A DNA stretch of 64,000 nucleotides from Octopus sinensis (Eukaryota). This document shows positions 23,214 through 36,860 of the stretch, piece by piece. Made by a program: the position numbers and the translations under genes. The stretch spans positions 25,296,001 to 25,360,000 of the forward strand of contig NC_043003.1 in the NCBI RefSeq assembly GCF_006345805.1, read 5' to 3'. The first letter of the stretch is position 1, and every line of letters begins with the position of its first letter. A model generated the notes under the pieces. The model was not told where the DNA came from, searched no databases, and saw only the letters and a list, made by a program, of their open reading frames with translations.

Positions 23214-23973
23214 TGTGAATTTTTTATTACAAATATTGTAATTATGAAGAATTGATCCTCTTTTGGTTTACATTCAATTAATTTATTTCCAGTTATGGAT
23301 GACTTTACATTGATATCAGCAGTATCATTACGTAGGTCTTTGGCAATCTCTGATCACTAAAACCAATATTTTGTGACTTTTGATGCAATATTTTTCCTTC
23401 AAATCTTCACATTTTCACCACACAGCAGCAACAACAACAAAATAATTTTCATCCTTTCCTGCCAACATCCAATAACAAGATGTTTTGTAAGTAAACATTC
23501 ATTTCTGTGATAATTATTCCAAGAGATGTAATTAGGATAGAATTCTGTCTTGCAATGAAAAACCGGAAAGTTAAAAAAAAAAATCACAAAAAATAGTTCC
23601 ACTTATCACATAAATTCTATATGAAAATTCCCATCAAGAAACCAAATGTATATCTATGGTAAATTAGTTTAAGTTTTATATACAAAATCATTAAAAGGAC
23701 GTGTTGAAAAATGGAGGTCAAATCTCAAATACTTTGATACAAAGTGCTGAAGAAATTCCCAAATAAATAGTGATATATGCTGTATCCCAACAACCCTATG
23801 GCAGTTTGATAAAATGGACATTAAAATATAAAGGATGATGATGAATTTAATCCAGGATTTGAATGAACAGCTTTACACGAGATCTTCATAAAAACTTCTG
23901 TTTCTTCAATTAAGAATAATTATGTTGATGTATCTTAAGTGAAATCTTCATGTTCATAATACCACTTGATATC

Positions 23974-23990
23974 CTGAAATAAAGAAACAG
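23974..23990 (-). promoter_or_regulatory. Putative splice acceptor, ZNF-3 (CTGTTTCTTTATTTCAG|GAT)
   Basis: Homologous to the acceptors of ZNF-4, -5 and -6. Confidence 0.65.
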
Positions 23991-24326
23991 TATATTAAAA
24001 GAGAGTTTGATATTAACTTGAATATTATAAAATATAATACAAGATTACTCCATATAAGTATGTTTGACAATATACATTAGCAAAGGATTGGCCTTTGTAG
24101 CACATATATTGCAAAGCTAAATACCCGTGGACAAACGACTAGCATTATTACTGTATAATTTTGTTCAGTTTAGTTGAAGATCTTTTATAAGCTCCAAGAA
24201 CTATTTGATCTTTACATGCAAAAGTGCATATTGATCCTGTATATTATTTACAGTACCTGCACCCCAGAGCTTTGGATTGGCACAGTTGGCATAATCATAA
24301 AATCACTGTATACATGTGTGCGTGTA

Positions 24327-26365
24327 CAGTAGAACCTTGCAATATGAGTGCACCATTGTACGAGTAATTTGCTGTACAAGCCAAGGCTTGTGTGAATTTT
24401 TGTCATGAAGTACAAGTGGAAATTCACAATACAAGTGAGCTTTATACAAGCAACCGCTAGTCAGTGCCAAGCTCACACATGCTCCCCTAACAAGTGCAGC
24501 TTCCGCTCACTCAGTTCACATGTTTATCTTGTTGTGGCAGCATCCCTACTGAGTTTATCTAAGTGGGGTTTTTTTTAGTTTTGTGCGTTTTTTGCCATTA
24601 TTTTATGATAATTAGTTGTGTTAGCCATGGGTCCTAAGAAAGTTAGTGCAAAGGGACAGTGCTGAGAAGAAAAAGCTGATTACAATAGAATTGAAGAAGG
24701 AAATCATTGACAAACATAAGAGGAGTGTATGTAGTGGACATAGCACATCAATATGATCAAAGTACATCAACAATCTACACCATCATGAAGAAAAAGGTCG
24801 AGATAAAGGCCATTACAACAGCAAAGGTTGTCTTCAACCTCTCTAAGCAATACACATCTGTCCACGAAGAGATGGAAAAATTGCTTCTCCTGCGGATCAA
24901 CAAGAAGCAAGTTGCAGGAGATACAACTACGGAGACTGTCATCTGTAAGAAAGCACAAGCACTACATGTGGATCTCCTGAAAAAGAACTCTGGAACATCA
25001 GCAGATGCATTTAAGACCAGTTATGGCTGGTTTGATAATTTGAAGAAGGACTGGTGTTCATAACATCATCAGGTACGAAAAAGCAGCGAGTTCTGACATG
25101 AAGGCAGCTGAGGATTTCATGCGTGAATTTCATCAATTTATCACAGCCAAGGGGTACATCACACAACAGGTATTCAAATGTGATGAAACTGGCCTTTTTG
25201 GGAAAAATGCCCCAAAGAAGCTATGTAACTGTAGTGGAAAAGAAAATGCTAGGCCGTAAGCTTGTGAAATATAGGCTAACTCTCGTCCTTTGTGCCAATG
25301 TGAGAGGAGACTTGAAGGATTAAGCTGCTCCTCGTCTACCTTTTCAAAAACCCATAAGCATTCAAGTCGCACAAAATCATGAACGAGAAGCTGCAGATCA
25401 TGTGGAGGGCAAACATTAAATCCTGGGCTGACCTTGTCTTCGGACTAGCAGTGAAAAAGTACCTTCAGGAGAACAATTTTCCTTTCAAGGCCCTCGTCAT
25501 CCTCGACAATGCTCATGCTCCTAATCTCAAAGATGATATCCTGGACAAATTTAAATTCATAGAAGTTCTGTATCTTTCATACAACACCACCCCTATCTTG
25601 CAGCCCATGGACCAGCAGGTGACTTTTAATTTGAAGAAATTGTACATCAAACACCTGTTTAGTCAGTGGTTTGAAGTCACCGAAAATACAAATTTTACCC
25701 TTCATGAGTTTTGGAAGGAATACTACTACATTGTTAACTGCCTGAAAATCACTGATTATGGCCTGACAGGGTGTAACAAGGAGATCAATAAATTCTACAT
25801 GGAGGAAATTGTGGCCTAACTGCGTATCTGAGACTTCAAGGGGTTTGAGTATGAGAAACCTGTAATCAAGGAGATAGTGTCTCTTGGAAAGTCCATGGGC
25901 CTCAAGGTTGATGATGGAGACATTAATGATCTTGTTGAGAAACACTGAAAGGAGCTGATGACAGATAAAGTCCTGCAGCTTCAGGAGCAGCAGTATTCGG
26001 ATGCAGTGGAAGAAATTGGTTCCCCGGAGGAGGACAGAAGGCTATCTCAATGAGTGACCTAAAGGCAGTATCAGCAAAGTGACAGTATGTTTCTGAATTT
26101 GTAGAAAAAAATTAATTCTGAAAAAGTATCTACAAGTCGTACAGCTGCTTTATTTAATGACACTGATCTGATGCATTTTCGTAACATTTTGAAAGGCATG
26201 AGAAAGCAGACTTCTTTTGAGGTGTTTCAAATGAAGCAATCTGTAAGTGTGAAAAAGTGAAGAAAGTGTGTCCAAAAAGCCTAAATTAAGTGAAGTGAGA
26301 AAGAAAATGCCAGAAATTGTTCTTCTTGAAGTCTTAATGGAAGGAAATTCTCCTTCCAAATAGTA
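24327..26365 (+). mobile_element. Degenerate Tigger/pogo-family DNA transposon (CENP-B HTH plus DDE transposase pseudogene)
   Basis: Left end TA|CAGTAGAACCTTG and ATG at 24627 (MGPKKVSAK). Frameshifted motifs include ITIELKKEII, VFKCDETGLF, LTLVLCAN, LVILDNAHAP and TPILQPMDQQV. The right TIR was not found. Confidence 0.88.
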
Positions 26366-26407
26366 ACCCCCCCCCATTCCACAGTCTTCCTCACACACAA
26401 ATCAGCC

Positions 26408-26700
26408 CATCATCATCATTGTTTAACGTCCGCTTTCCTTGCTAGCATGGGTTGGACGATTTGACTGAGGACTGGCGAACCAGATGGCTGCAAGCTTCTT
26501 ACCACACAGCCGCTCCTATCATCATCATTTAATGTCCATTTCCCATTCTGGTATGGACTGGAGAGTTTGACAGGAGCCGATAAGTTGGAGAACTGCACCA
26601 GACTGTTTGTTTTGACATGGTTTTTATGGCTCCTAACACCAACCACTTTGCAGAGTGTATTGGGTGCATTTTACATGGCACCAGCACAGGTGCTTCATAT
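26408..26700 (-). mobile_element. Two adjacent R1 LINE 3' tail fragments
   Basis: Two (CAT)n-TTTAA(C/T)GTCC tails, at about 26408 and 26519. Confidence 0.75.
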
Positions 26701-26710
26701 ACACACACAT

Positions 26711-27082
26711 ACAAGCAAAACGCTCCCCATCCAATGGATGGTGCTGAGTTGTCAAACATTTAAACCAAATTTTCTCAAAACAACTTGTCCGACCGTCCCA
26801 TAGGCCTCCCCTTTGAGAAACACTGATTTAACCTAAATTTGAGACACCAGCAAAAGAAGAAATAAAGATAGACTCTTTTTCTATTCCAAACAAAAACGAT
26901 TTCCCACAGCTTTATCGATGGCATTCTCACCTGGAATCGATTTTTGTAATTTTTTCAAGACTTATACATGCCCGGATACCGTCGGTATCTACATATCAAA
27001 TTTGAGTGCAATCGGATGGAAGATGCCCGAGATCCAAGAAGACACACACTCAGACAGACAGAACATATTTTATATAAGAGAT
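26711..27082 (+). mobile_element. Helentron/HINE-like element, second copy
   Basis: Highly similar to 16391-16719, with a different internal segment. Confidence 0.6.
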
Positions 27083-28648
27083 AAAATAATAGAGTTTGGT
27101 TCAATGAAAGAACACTGTCCAGCAACAAGACTGACAAAGAGCTTATATCACTTCAACTTCTTTCCCTTAAGTCTCAGCATGGCTATATTTTGAGATATTA
27201 AGCTTCTGTTTTAAAATCAAACTTTGGACTTTAAATAACAGAACTCAATATATATATATATATATTTTACCAAAACAAAATTCCCAAAATATCCACCAAC
27301 ATGTACCAGATAAACAATCTGGCTGCTGAGATTCATTAATTCACAATTTTAGATACCAACACATCATTTTGGTTAATCTTATTAAAAGAAATTTCATAAT
27401 TTATTTGCTTTATTTTTTCTGTTATTGAAATGCCAGCATTTGAACAATTTTCAATAATTCATCTCATAAATGATCAAATAAAATATGGTTGTTTTGTACC
27501 TAGAATAATTTCTATTATTTACTTCAAAATAAAGAAAAAAGAAAGAATCCCAGTATTTTAAGCAACGAAAAGCTATTAGTTGATTAACTTCTATTCAATA
27601 CTCCAAAAGAACAGAACTCTTAAGAATCTAGTGTGGCTAAAAACCGTAATTTCTTTTTGGATATCTACTTTTTAAGTATTGTAGATTGCGAATCAGCAAA
27701 ACAAAAAAAAAACGAAGTGGTGTAGGTGAGGGAATGTTTCCCTTCTTTACCGTAATTTCTCATTTCTGACCTTTTGTCAATTTTATTCTTCAGATTTATA
27801 TCACGCATATTTTTGAAGAATAATAAATCTCAGATGTTTAAAGTATAATCTGAGTAAGGGTGTGAGCGTGTGTATACGACCACAATTTATGATGCTTAAA
27901 ATATACACATCCGAAGAAATCACGGCTTTTGACGCACAAGATCATTACAATAATAATCTTCAAGAACACTTGTCCCATTACAAAAAAAAAAAAATACTGA
28001 TACCGAAATGCGGTAAAGTACCTAAGAAAAAACAAAACAAAACAGAACAGAATAGGCAACAATTTCCAAAACTTATTTTGAGGATACCATACGTCTAATT
28101 GATAGGAAACTGCCACACCCTAATTTCAATAAAACATTTAATTAATAAAACCTGTTTAAGAGAAAAATAAATTTATTCCTATGGGAAAAAAAAAGAAGAA
28201 AACAAACAAAAACAACACCACTACGTTTTCGTTTGAATATGGTAATTAGCAGTTGTTTTATAAAGTAAGAATTTTAATTAAAAGACACCTTATGTATATC
28301 GAGAATGACCAGAATTCTGTTCATGGAACCAACCCAGTTGGAGAAAATCAGTCTAAGACAAATGAGCCGGTCGCAGCACGACGCTAAGAAAAAATTCTTC
28401 CGCCGGCCGCCAAAGAAAATATATAAAAAAATTAAAACCCATCTGAATAAAAGGCCTGACTAATCCAACCAAAATTCATATAGATTTCCCCGATTTCTTT
28501 AATTTTTAGCATTTTCAGCTAATTTCCTTTGTGTAAGAATAAACAGACGTTGTTAAAACACTGAATAGACTAATAAACATTGATATACATATGTGTTAAT
28601 AAAACTGACATACATATATGTAGATATAGATGTATATATAATACTTAC

Positions 28649-28935
28649 AAATCAATATAAGTGCGAATATATATATGGCAGATGTCCTAATAAGGTCGGA
28701 TTCAGTCTGCGAGAACAAACTAAGACCTCACCGCACAACTTCCTGATCTTAAAAAGTGTTTATAAACAACAAAATCACGAAGTAAACACCATCAATGGCT
28801 TTGTGATGCCAATTACTACAGATCTCGACAGAAGTCTTATCTCACATATGATAACCTTGTCATAAAAGAGGAAGCGTTGGAGAATAGCTATGAAAATAAA
28901 GCCAAAAATATATATGAGGGGAACTAACTCTTTCT
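28649..28935 (-). promoter_or_regulatory. Promoter motif and putative non-coding exon 1 of ZNF-3
   Basis: GAGGGGAACTAACTCTTT at 28916-28933 (sense AAAGAGTTAGTTCCCCTC) and donor TTGATTT|GTAAGTA (GT at 28648-28647). Confidence 0.72.
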
Positions 28936-29716
28936 TTATGTAATAGAGAGAGAGTGGGAGGAGTGTAGACAATAGAGATATTTGGCAAAATCAGATTAAA
29001 ATAGTCATTGAGTTTTCTTCTCCTCACCGCATAAGTATTAATATTAATTAGATTCTCCGCCTCACAACATTAAAATGCGAGCCTTCTACTTGGTTTATGA
29101 GATTTGTTTTGCTTTAATGGAATATCAATTTGTTTATTATTGGAGTATTTTTTTAATGATTTAATACATAATATTCATTTCATATTGAAATTGTACTTTC
29201 CTTTCTTCACCAGATAAGTATTGATAATTAATTCGATTCCACCCCCTCACTCATTACATTAAGCAGCAGGAATGACAGAGTATTAATTCGCTCATTGAAT
29301 ATTTTACATTTACATTTTATGAGTGGAGCTGTTCAATATTTTTAGCAATAAAGTTTATATAAAGGTTGAAAAAAATAAGGCAAATTATTCTGTTTCTTAC
29401 AATAGCCAAAGTTTAAATAAAAGGATTTTTTCATTTCTTTTCTCAGTCATTTTCTCACTTCTAAACCCAATCACTACTTAACTATATCAATCTCTGCATT
29501 TGTTAAGCCTTTCGACCCTCTGCTTTGCTTCATTGCAAAACTCTCCAACACAGAATCACATCCTACACTACATCAACCGTATTTGACCCAATGGCATTTG
29601 AACTCAGTGACTGGTTAGAGTTCTATGAGTTTCATACCACTTATACCTGGTATCAAATATTTCACTTTTGAGCCATCAAAAACAGTTAGGTGGGTGACTG
29701 AAACTATCCTTTAGGA

Positions 29717-30020
29717 CAGTGGTCCCTAACCATTGGGCTGCAGACCAGTGCCAGACCATGGATCACTTGGTACCAAAGTGCACAGAAAGAATAAATTTTC
29801 CAATTTTTATTTCTATTTTACTGACTATCACAACCTTCAGGGTCTTTTATTTTGAAAAATTACCACTTCCACTCCCATCTATACCTCTTGCCTACACTTG
29901 TCTTAAGTTACATTTTTTTTTCATACACCAAAAATGTTTTATGCACATAGTATCTTTGTCTGTGGAAAAATAGTCTTGCATGAAAGGGGTCTATAGTGCA
30001 AAAAAGGTTAGGGATTGCTG
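29717..30020. mobile_element. hAT (Charlie-like) MITE
   Basis: TIR CAGTGGTCCCTAACC / GGTTAGGGATTGCTG with an imperfect 8-bp TSD (CTTTAGGA / CTTTAAGG). Confidence 0.7.
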
Positions 30021-30199
30021 CTTTAAGGTATACCCAGTCACGTTCTATACACAATAAAATCACAAAGTTCCAAGCCTACATAATGATTTACTCTTAGCTT
30101 TGCTATAGCTGTTTGAGCAGAAAACAAGGCATCCAATGCCTAGAGTCTTCCCAATTCCTCCAACCTGGGAGCACAATTCCTTTAAGACTATTATCTGGT

Positions 30200-30700
30200 G
30201 TACAAAAGATGCCATCAAGCTTTCCCACTTTCCAAACTAGAACCATCCTTTGGTCTCTTGTCAAAAGAATCTTGACCAGCTTTGCAGAGTCCTCTTTTCC
30301 TCACCTTCTAAACAATGATGGCTCTGAAAACATGACTCCAATACAAAAAGTTTCTTTCACCTCTTGGACCAGTAGCTTCCAAACTGATCACATCATCATG
30401 GCATGTGGTTGAAAGAGCTCTTTCTATTCCATTCTCAATCAACTCTGGTGTTCCTCAGAGTTTAGTTTTATCTTCCACTTCCTTCTTTATACGCATCAAT
30501 AGCCTATTTTCCGATACATCCAACAATGCTAATGACACAATTCATAATTTCCTAATTCCCCAACCACACATCATTTGTAAGCAACTAAGAAACCACATGT
30601 CAAGTCTGCACAGAGAAGTTGAGAGAATCGACCATGCCACCCTGGTTTCATTTAATAGCAAAAAATGACTAAGATACTAATATCAAGAAAACTCCACATT
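30200..30700 (+). mobile_element. Degenerate CR1/Jockey-like LINE RT fragment
   Basis: SWTSSF, then ALSIPFSINSGVPQSLVLS..FFIRINSL (the SGVPQGSVL motif) and LVSFNSKK. Confidence 0.7.
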
Positions 30701-30832
30701 CCACAAAACACAAATGGCACTCAATTGGAGCCCTTAAAAAGGGTAAAGACCCCCCTTTGGTCATGAATGACCATAGGATTACACCTAGAAAGTTTCCCTC
30801 TGAAGCACAAATCTGAACAAGGCTATTTATAA

Positions 30833-31066
30833 CCAGCAACCACCCATGCCTCTCCTCTCCACACCACCAATGTTATTGAAGGGAAAAGCAAAGGCTGATA
30901 CAACTTAGCACCAGCAACATCACAATTCATTTACACAGCTGAGTGAATTGGAGCAATGTGAAACAAAGTGTCTTGCTCAAGAACACAATACATAGCCCAG
31001 TCCAGGAATCAAACTCACTACCTTATGATTGTGAACCAGACACTCTAACCACTGAACCATGTGCCT
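30833..31066 (-). mobile_element. tRNA-derived SINE, family E1
   Basis: Same head and core as 5757 in reverse, with the tail shared with 54522-54748. Confidence 0.8.
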
Positions 31067-32773
31067 TCACTGCTGGGTGAATGTTTCTTCAGTGGGAGCC
31101 CTTACAACCACTCTGAATGCAGGGCTTCACTTTCACCAAGCATTTCTCCTGGAGGCAGCACATCCTTAGCACAGCATGGACTATATCCCCAAAAGACTGG
31201 TTCTTTACACAAAAACGTTCATAGGGTGGTCCTTTCACCCAGTCTAGTTATTTGTTAAGCATATTTTGTTTCCTCATAACTTCCAGAAAAATTGGTATTT
31301 TTTATTGAAATTTTCTACAAATACCTTTCAGAATGAGTAGATTACGATTATATCATAATTTGGTGTAAAAAGAAAAATGATAAGCACGTACACATTTTTT
31401 TCCTCAATTTCAAGTTTTATTTTGTATATGACGTGTCAGTTTGCATGTGTGAGAACTCCGTTTTTTTTCTTTTTCGTTTTTTTTTTTTTTGTGTGTGTTT
31501 CATATTACATCCCAGTATAATAGTAATCTACACACTCTGAAAGGTATTTGCAGAAATAATTTTCATGAAAAAATATCCATTTTTCTGAGTTATGTGGAGA
31601 CAAAGCCGACTCGTGAATTTTTCGGGTACTCCGCTCCCCATTCACGGAAAAAAGTTTTTCACAGCAAATTCCGATATAATCGGAAAGTACATCATCCGAA
31701 ACGTATTTGTAAAAGAAATCATTAAAAAATACCCCTTTCTCTGGAAGTATACAGCATTTGCAAATTGACAATTCATTTCGAAAAATAAACAGAAACATTG
31801 AAAGTCTGCGAAAGAAATATATTTTTGAAGAAATACCTAATTTTTTACTATGCTGGTTACCTTCATAAACTAAACGATACCGTTGAGAAATGAAAGCTTA
31901 AGTCTATAAAAATGACCTATTTTTAGCGTAGGATCGAAAGCTTCACGATGTTTGTTCTGACTCTCAAGATTCTAAGTTCAAATCCCGCCGAGGTCAACTG
32001 TCTTTCATCCTTTTGGAGTCAATCATAATAAAGTACCAATCCAAGGTGGTGGATTAGTAAAACTAAAAAAAGGTGGGTCCGGATACATTGCGGTATTGTT
32101 CCGGTTCTTTGCATTCTGATTTCAAATCCCGCTATGACAGACTTAACCCGTCGCTCGGTTTAATACCACCATTTGGCACCTTGGTTGTCTTTAGGAGATC
32201 CACTTTGTAGTAAGTATTCGGACCAGGCCTCTGCTTTGAGATCCTCTACTCCTACCTCCCTCTCTCCTACCAATTGCAGAGACCCTGTAACGCATCAGGG
32301 GCACTGTCTTTCTTCCTGACTAAAAAAAAGATAAAACAAAAAGAATTTAATTATTCAATTCGCTGGCCCAGGAAATATAAAAATGTTCACTGAATAATTA
32401 ACATCATAATAGAAAATCGAAATATAAACTGAGACTGAGACAAGTATCAAAGAATGAATGATGGCACTAAAAGACAAGGCAAGCCGGTCAATGGACAGCG
32501 TCAAGTAAAATTCTTCCGCCGGTCGCTGCACAACATCAAGAAAAAAATTCTTCCGCCGCACCCCTCCCCCCCCCCCCCCCCCCCAAAAGAGAGAGAGAAA
32601 ACTCATCTATTCCTAACTAATCCAACTAAACAAAAGCTTTAATTTCAGATAAAATTTGCTCTTTATTTATTTATTCTCTTTCGTTTAACTTCTTTGTGAA
32701 ATGCAACTTGTAAAACGAAACATAGTTACACTATTAAATGGACTATAAGCATTGATATATTAATCATACTTAC

Positions 32774-33042
32774 AAATCAATATACACCGAATAGGAAATG
32801 TGGCAGATGTCCTCGTATGATCAGTCTGCGAGAGCAATCAAACTAAGTCTCATCACACACAACTTTGTGATCTTGAATATTTTTAGAGTCAACAAAATCA
32901 TAAAGTAAACATCAATGCGTTTGAGATAAAAAAAAATTACTACATATTTCCACACAAGTTTTTACCTCACTTATGACAAACCTTGTATTTAATGAATGAC
33001 GGAGAACGTCTACAAGACTGGTCAGGGGAACTAACTCTTTGT
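32774..33042 (-). promoter_or_regulatory. Extra promoter / exon-1 cassette with no coding exon of its own
   Basis: CAGGGGAACTAACTCTTT at 33023-33040 and donor TTGATTT|GTAAGTA (GT at 32773-32772). Colinear with 28649-28935. Confidence 0.72.
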
Positions 33043-33422
33043 TTATGTAATATAGAGAGGGAGAGGGATACAAATAGAGAGGGGTGGAATTAATACGTGT
33101 ATATGGGAGGGAGTCAAAGATACACAGAGAGGAAGAGGAGAAAATACGTGTATGAGATTGTGAATGGTTCTTTCTCCGAAATAAAGCACTGTTAATCTTT
33201 AACGTGGAATTAACGGATGCTCAGTGTTTCTCGAACTTTTAAACTCTTGCTCCTTTACTTACACTAACACTTTTTCAACGTACCCCTTTGTTACAGTTGC
33301 ACGAAAAACACGCTACAAATTTTTCTGCTGTTAAGTTGGTTACCATTTGAAGTCTATTTACACATAAGTCACTTCATCAACATATGGAATGTCAAAACAT
33401 CATTTCGACCAATATTATTTCT

Positions 33423-33845
33423 AATATAGGCTCAAGGCCTGAAATTTGGGGGACGGGTAGTCGATTACATCGACACCAGTACCTATTTTATCGACACTGA
33501 AAGAATGAAAGGTGAAGTCCACCTGGCAGAATTTGAACTCAGAAAGTGAAGATGAATGAAATGGCGCTAAGCAGTTTGCCTGGCATACTAACGGTTCTGT
33601 CAACTCGCCGCCTTATTTCGACTACTAATATTGCTTCCGAATTTTGATACAAAGCTAGCAATTTCGGGGGAGGGAGTAAGTCGATTACATCGACCCCAGT
33701 ACTCAAATGGTACTTATTTTATCAACCCCAAAAGGATAAAAGATAAAGTTGACCTCGGCAGAATTTGAACTCAGAACATGAAAACGGATGAAATGCTGCT
33801 AAGCATTTCGCCCAGCATGCTAACAATTCAGCCAGACTGCTGCTT
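33423..33845 (-). mobile_element. Two tandem family-B SINEs with different tails (33423-33615; 33628-33845)
   Basis: Both carry GATGAAAGG..AAGT.GACCT.GGCAGAATTTGAACTCAGAA. The tails are CAAGGCCTGAAATTT and CAAAGCTAGCAATTTC. Confidence 0.82.
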
Positions 33846-36231
33846 TAAAATTTCAATCTCTAATATTACCAAATGATTTGTTCAGAGATTAAAAATGTAA
33901 AATATTTTTGGAAATTTGGATATTAAAAAGTGTAACTATTCCTCCCCATCCCATTGTGCCCAACTCCCATATAGTATTTTCTCACAAGGAAAGAAACAAA
34001 AGTATAAATTATTCTGAGTGGGTAACAGCAAAAGGATGAGTAGCTTTGGTAGTGCTAAAAGAGAAATGAATGGATAATGTAATCAAGGTAGACAAATTAT
34101 GCATTAGACTTTGGTTAGTCTTACTCAGAGCAAGAACAGTTTCAACAGTTAATCTCTGCATCACACCACAAACAGGGCTGGCAGATGAGCATTTTTATGA
34201 ACCATGTACAACAGTGCTAAAGTGCTGGTAGGAAACCACCAGGGCTTACTTCTCAGCCCCTTCCATTTATCATTGTTAAGGCCTGGAAGCCTTAACAAAA
34301 GTCTCATGACCTAGAGGTTAGGACACTTTTGTTATGGCCTGGATGAATTTAACTAACTGAATTTGTAGTAGAACTGGAAAATTTCCATTCATAGAAGTAA
34401 AACCTAGAATGGAAAGCCCTAGTCAAATGCAGAGGACTTTGCTACCATCAAAGAAATGGCTGTCCTCAATATGCAGGAAAGGAGTAGGCAGGAATTCCAT
34501 AGTGACCCCTATCAAAACTAAAGACATACAAGATGTATAGTGGAATCACGAGCTGGCTAATTAGGGAGGTAGACTTTGTATGAGGCAGATTCTCAGAAGC
34601 TGCAAGCATTAAGAGCAGGCATAAAATAGATTCTTATAATTCCCAAAAAGTGGTTGATAGTTTCTGTTGCCTAATTTGTAATGGAGGTAAGTGCTCTGAA
34701 AACATAGTACCAACCAACCGACTAACTAACCACTGTGACTACCACTACACAGCACTAATAGTTAAGGTCTATCGTATTTGCCACCTTACCAACTCTGTTC
34801 TATTCAACGTCTATCTACACACTCAAAAAATTCTCTGCTTTTCTCTCTCCAACTTCATTTGTTCCTCAGTTCTTTAGTTCAGTTAATACACATATGTATA
34901 TAAAATAAACTTACAAATCTAAAGGATGTGGACCACAAAAGCTGTATGCAAACAACTCATATACAGAATATTAATTTGATACACAATAAAGGGCTCTCTT
35001 TAATCATGTTATAGACAACCTCTCTAACACTAGTGGCTAGCAAAATGTGACTGGTCTACAGTGTAAAGTGGTTGTGATAGGAAGTGCATTCAGCCATAAA
35101 AACCAAGGCAGAGATGCAGGGATGTTTGTCCAACCCATACTAGTATGAGAAAACAAATATAAAATGTTGATGACAATAAATCTAATTACTTTTATCACGC
35201 AGTGCTGTATCAATTAAACCAAATATAAGAGAATTAACCCTTCTTTTATTCTAGCATTAGAATTGCTGTTTATAACTTGACATCAATTTGATATATGATA
35301 CATGTTAGAATTACTTGCAAAAAACAGAAATGTTTCCCACTGTTCTAACTTCTAGACTACTTTATCACAAACTTAATTGTGACAGAAAATCCAACAATTT
35401 TGCTAATTAATGTGTAATGAAAAATCAAAGACATAAAAAATAACAGATTCTCATACAAATTATTTTATCAACATTTTACATGATTAAGGAGCTTGTTTCA
35501 CATTTTAGTCCCACTGCACAGCACTCTTGGAAAGTATCTTTTTCTATAGCCTAATGTATGAATATATAGATGAGTTTGTGTATATGGGCACATTGTCCAT
35601 ATACCCAAATGCACACACACACACATATATATATATATATGTGTTTGTGTGTGTGTACTAGTATATTTATGTGCATGTGTGTGTCTTTCTCTTTCCTTCA
35701 CCATGGCTGTTTATGATTCTCCTGATTAATATCCAAATATAAACACTTCATCTTACTGTGGTTTTTGTATTATAAATTTTTTTCTCCATCTGACGAATTT
35801 CTAATAGGAAATTCCTCACATGTCTATCTAACATGTAAATCTTTGTAATTACTATTTAGCAAATGAAACACATGTAATAGAGAATAAATAATACAAAAAA
35901 AATGTCCACTTTCCTGTTTTGTTATAGTCTTAAATTGAAATAAAAACTGAGCAGACAAGGATGATGGGGGAAAATGTCATAAGAGCTATACCTATTTCTT
36001 AGTGGTAAACTTAATTCAGCACAAAATTTAACATAGCTCTTATATGCTTTTAGCAGAATCCACTTTGTTGCAAGTATTTTCTGGTCTAAGGATAACTTGC
36101 TATCTTGATATTCTGCTTCCTATTGCAGCAATATAAAACTTGTAGTGTATTCTCTTTCTCTAATAAGTCTTAGCAGATCTGTGAAAAGTCATGGGTGCAG
36201 CTTTTCATTCTTGAACTAAGCCACAACAAAA

Positions 36232-36860
36232 TCATCATCATTTAACATCCGCTTTTCATGCTAGCATGGGTTGGACAATTTGACTGAGGTGTGGCAAACC
36301 AGATGGCTGCACAAGACTCCAATCTGATCTGGCAGAGTTTCTACAGCTGGATGACCTTCCTAACGCCAACCACTCCGAAAGTGTAGTGGGTGCTTTTACG
36401 TGCCAGTCAGATGGTACTGGCAACGGCCACGCTCAAATGGTGCTTTTTATGTGCCACCTGCACAGGAACCAGTCCAGCGGCACTGGCAACGACCTCGCTC
36501 GAATGTTTTTTCACGTGCCACCAGCACAAGTGCTAGTAAGGCAACGCAGGTAACGATCACGCTCGAATGGTGTTTTTAACATGCCATCAGCACGGAGGCC
36601 AGCTTGTTGCTCTGGCAATGATCTCACTCGTATGGTACTCTTAGCGCTCCACTAGCACAGATACCAGTCACCGAATTTGATTTCAATTTCACTTGCCTCA
36701 ACAGGTCTTCGCAAGCAGAGTTTAAGTGTCCAATGAAGGAAAGGCACACATAAGTGGACTGGTTACACCCCTACCATAGGCCACAAGGTTATGGTCTCAC
36801 TTGCTGAGTCTTCTCAAGCACTACATATTTCCAGAGGTCCCGGTTTGTAAATTTTGTCAC
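36232..36860 (-). mobile_element. Long R1 LINE 3' UTR with an internal minisatellite of about 65 bp (about 5 units)
   Basis: Tail and core as at 20430, with repeated GGTGCTTTTACGTGCCAC...GGCAACG...CGCTCGAAT units at 36389-36670. Confidence 0.85.

Noticed and set aside
24707-25819. Tigger ORFs as a domesticated TIGD/CENP-B-like gene
   Set aside because: Multiple frameshifts and stops across the HTH and DDE regions indicate a dead transposon.
34140-34640. Possible additional LINE fragment
   Set aside because: It looks compositionally like decayed coding sequence, but I could not recover a convincing RT or endonuclease motif; BLASTx is needed.
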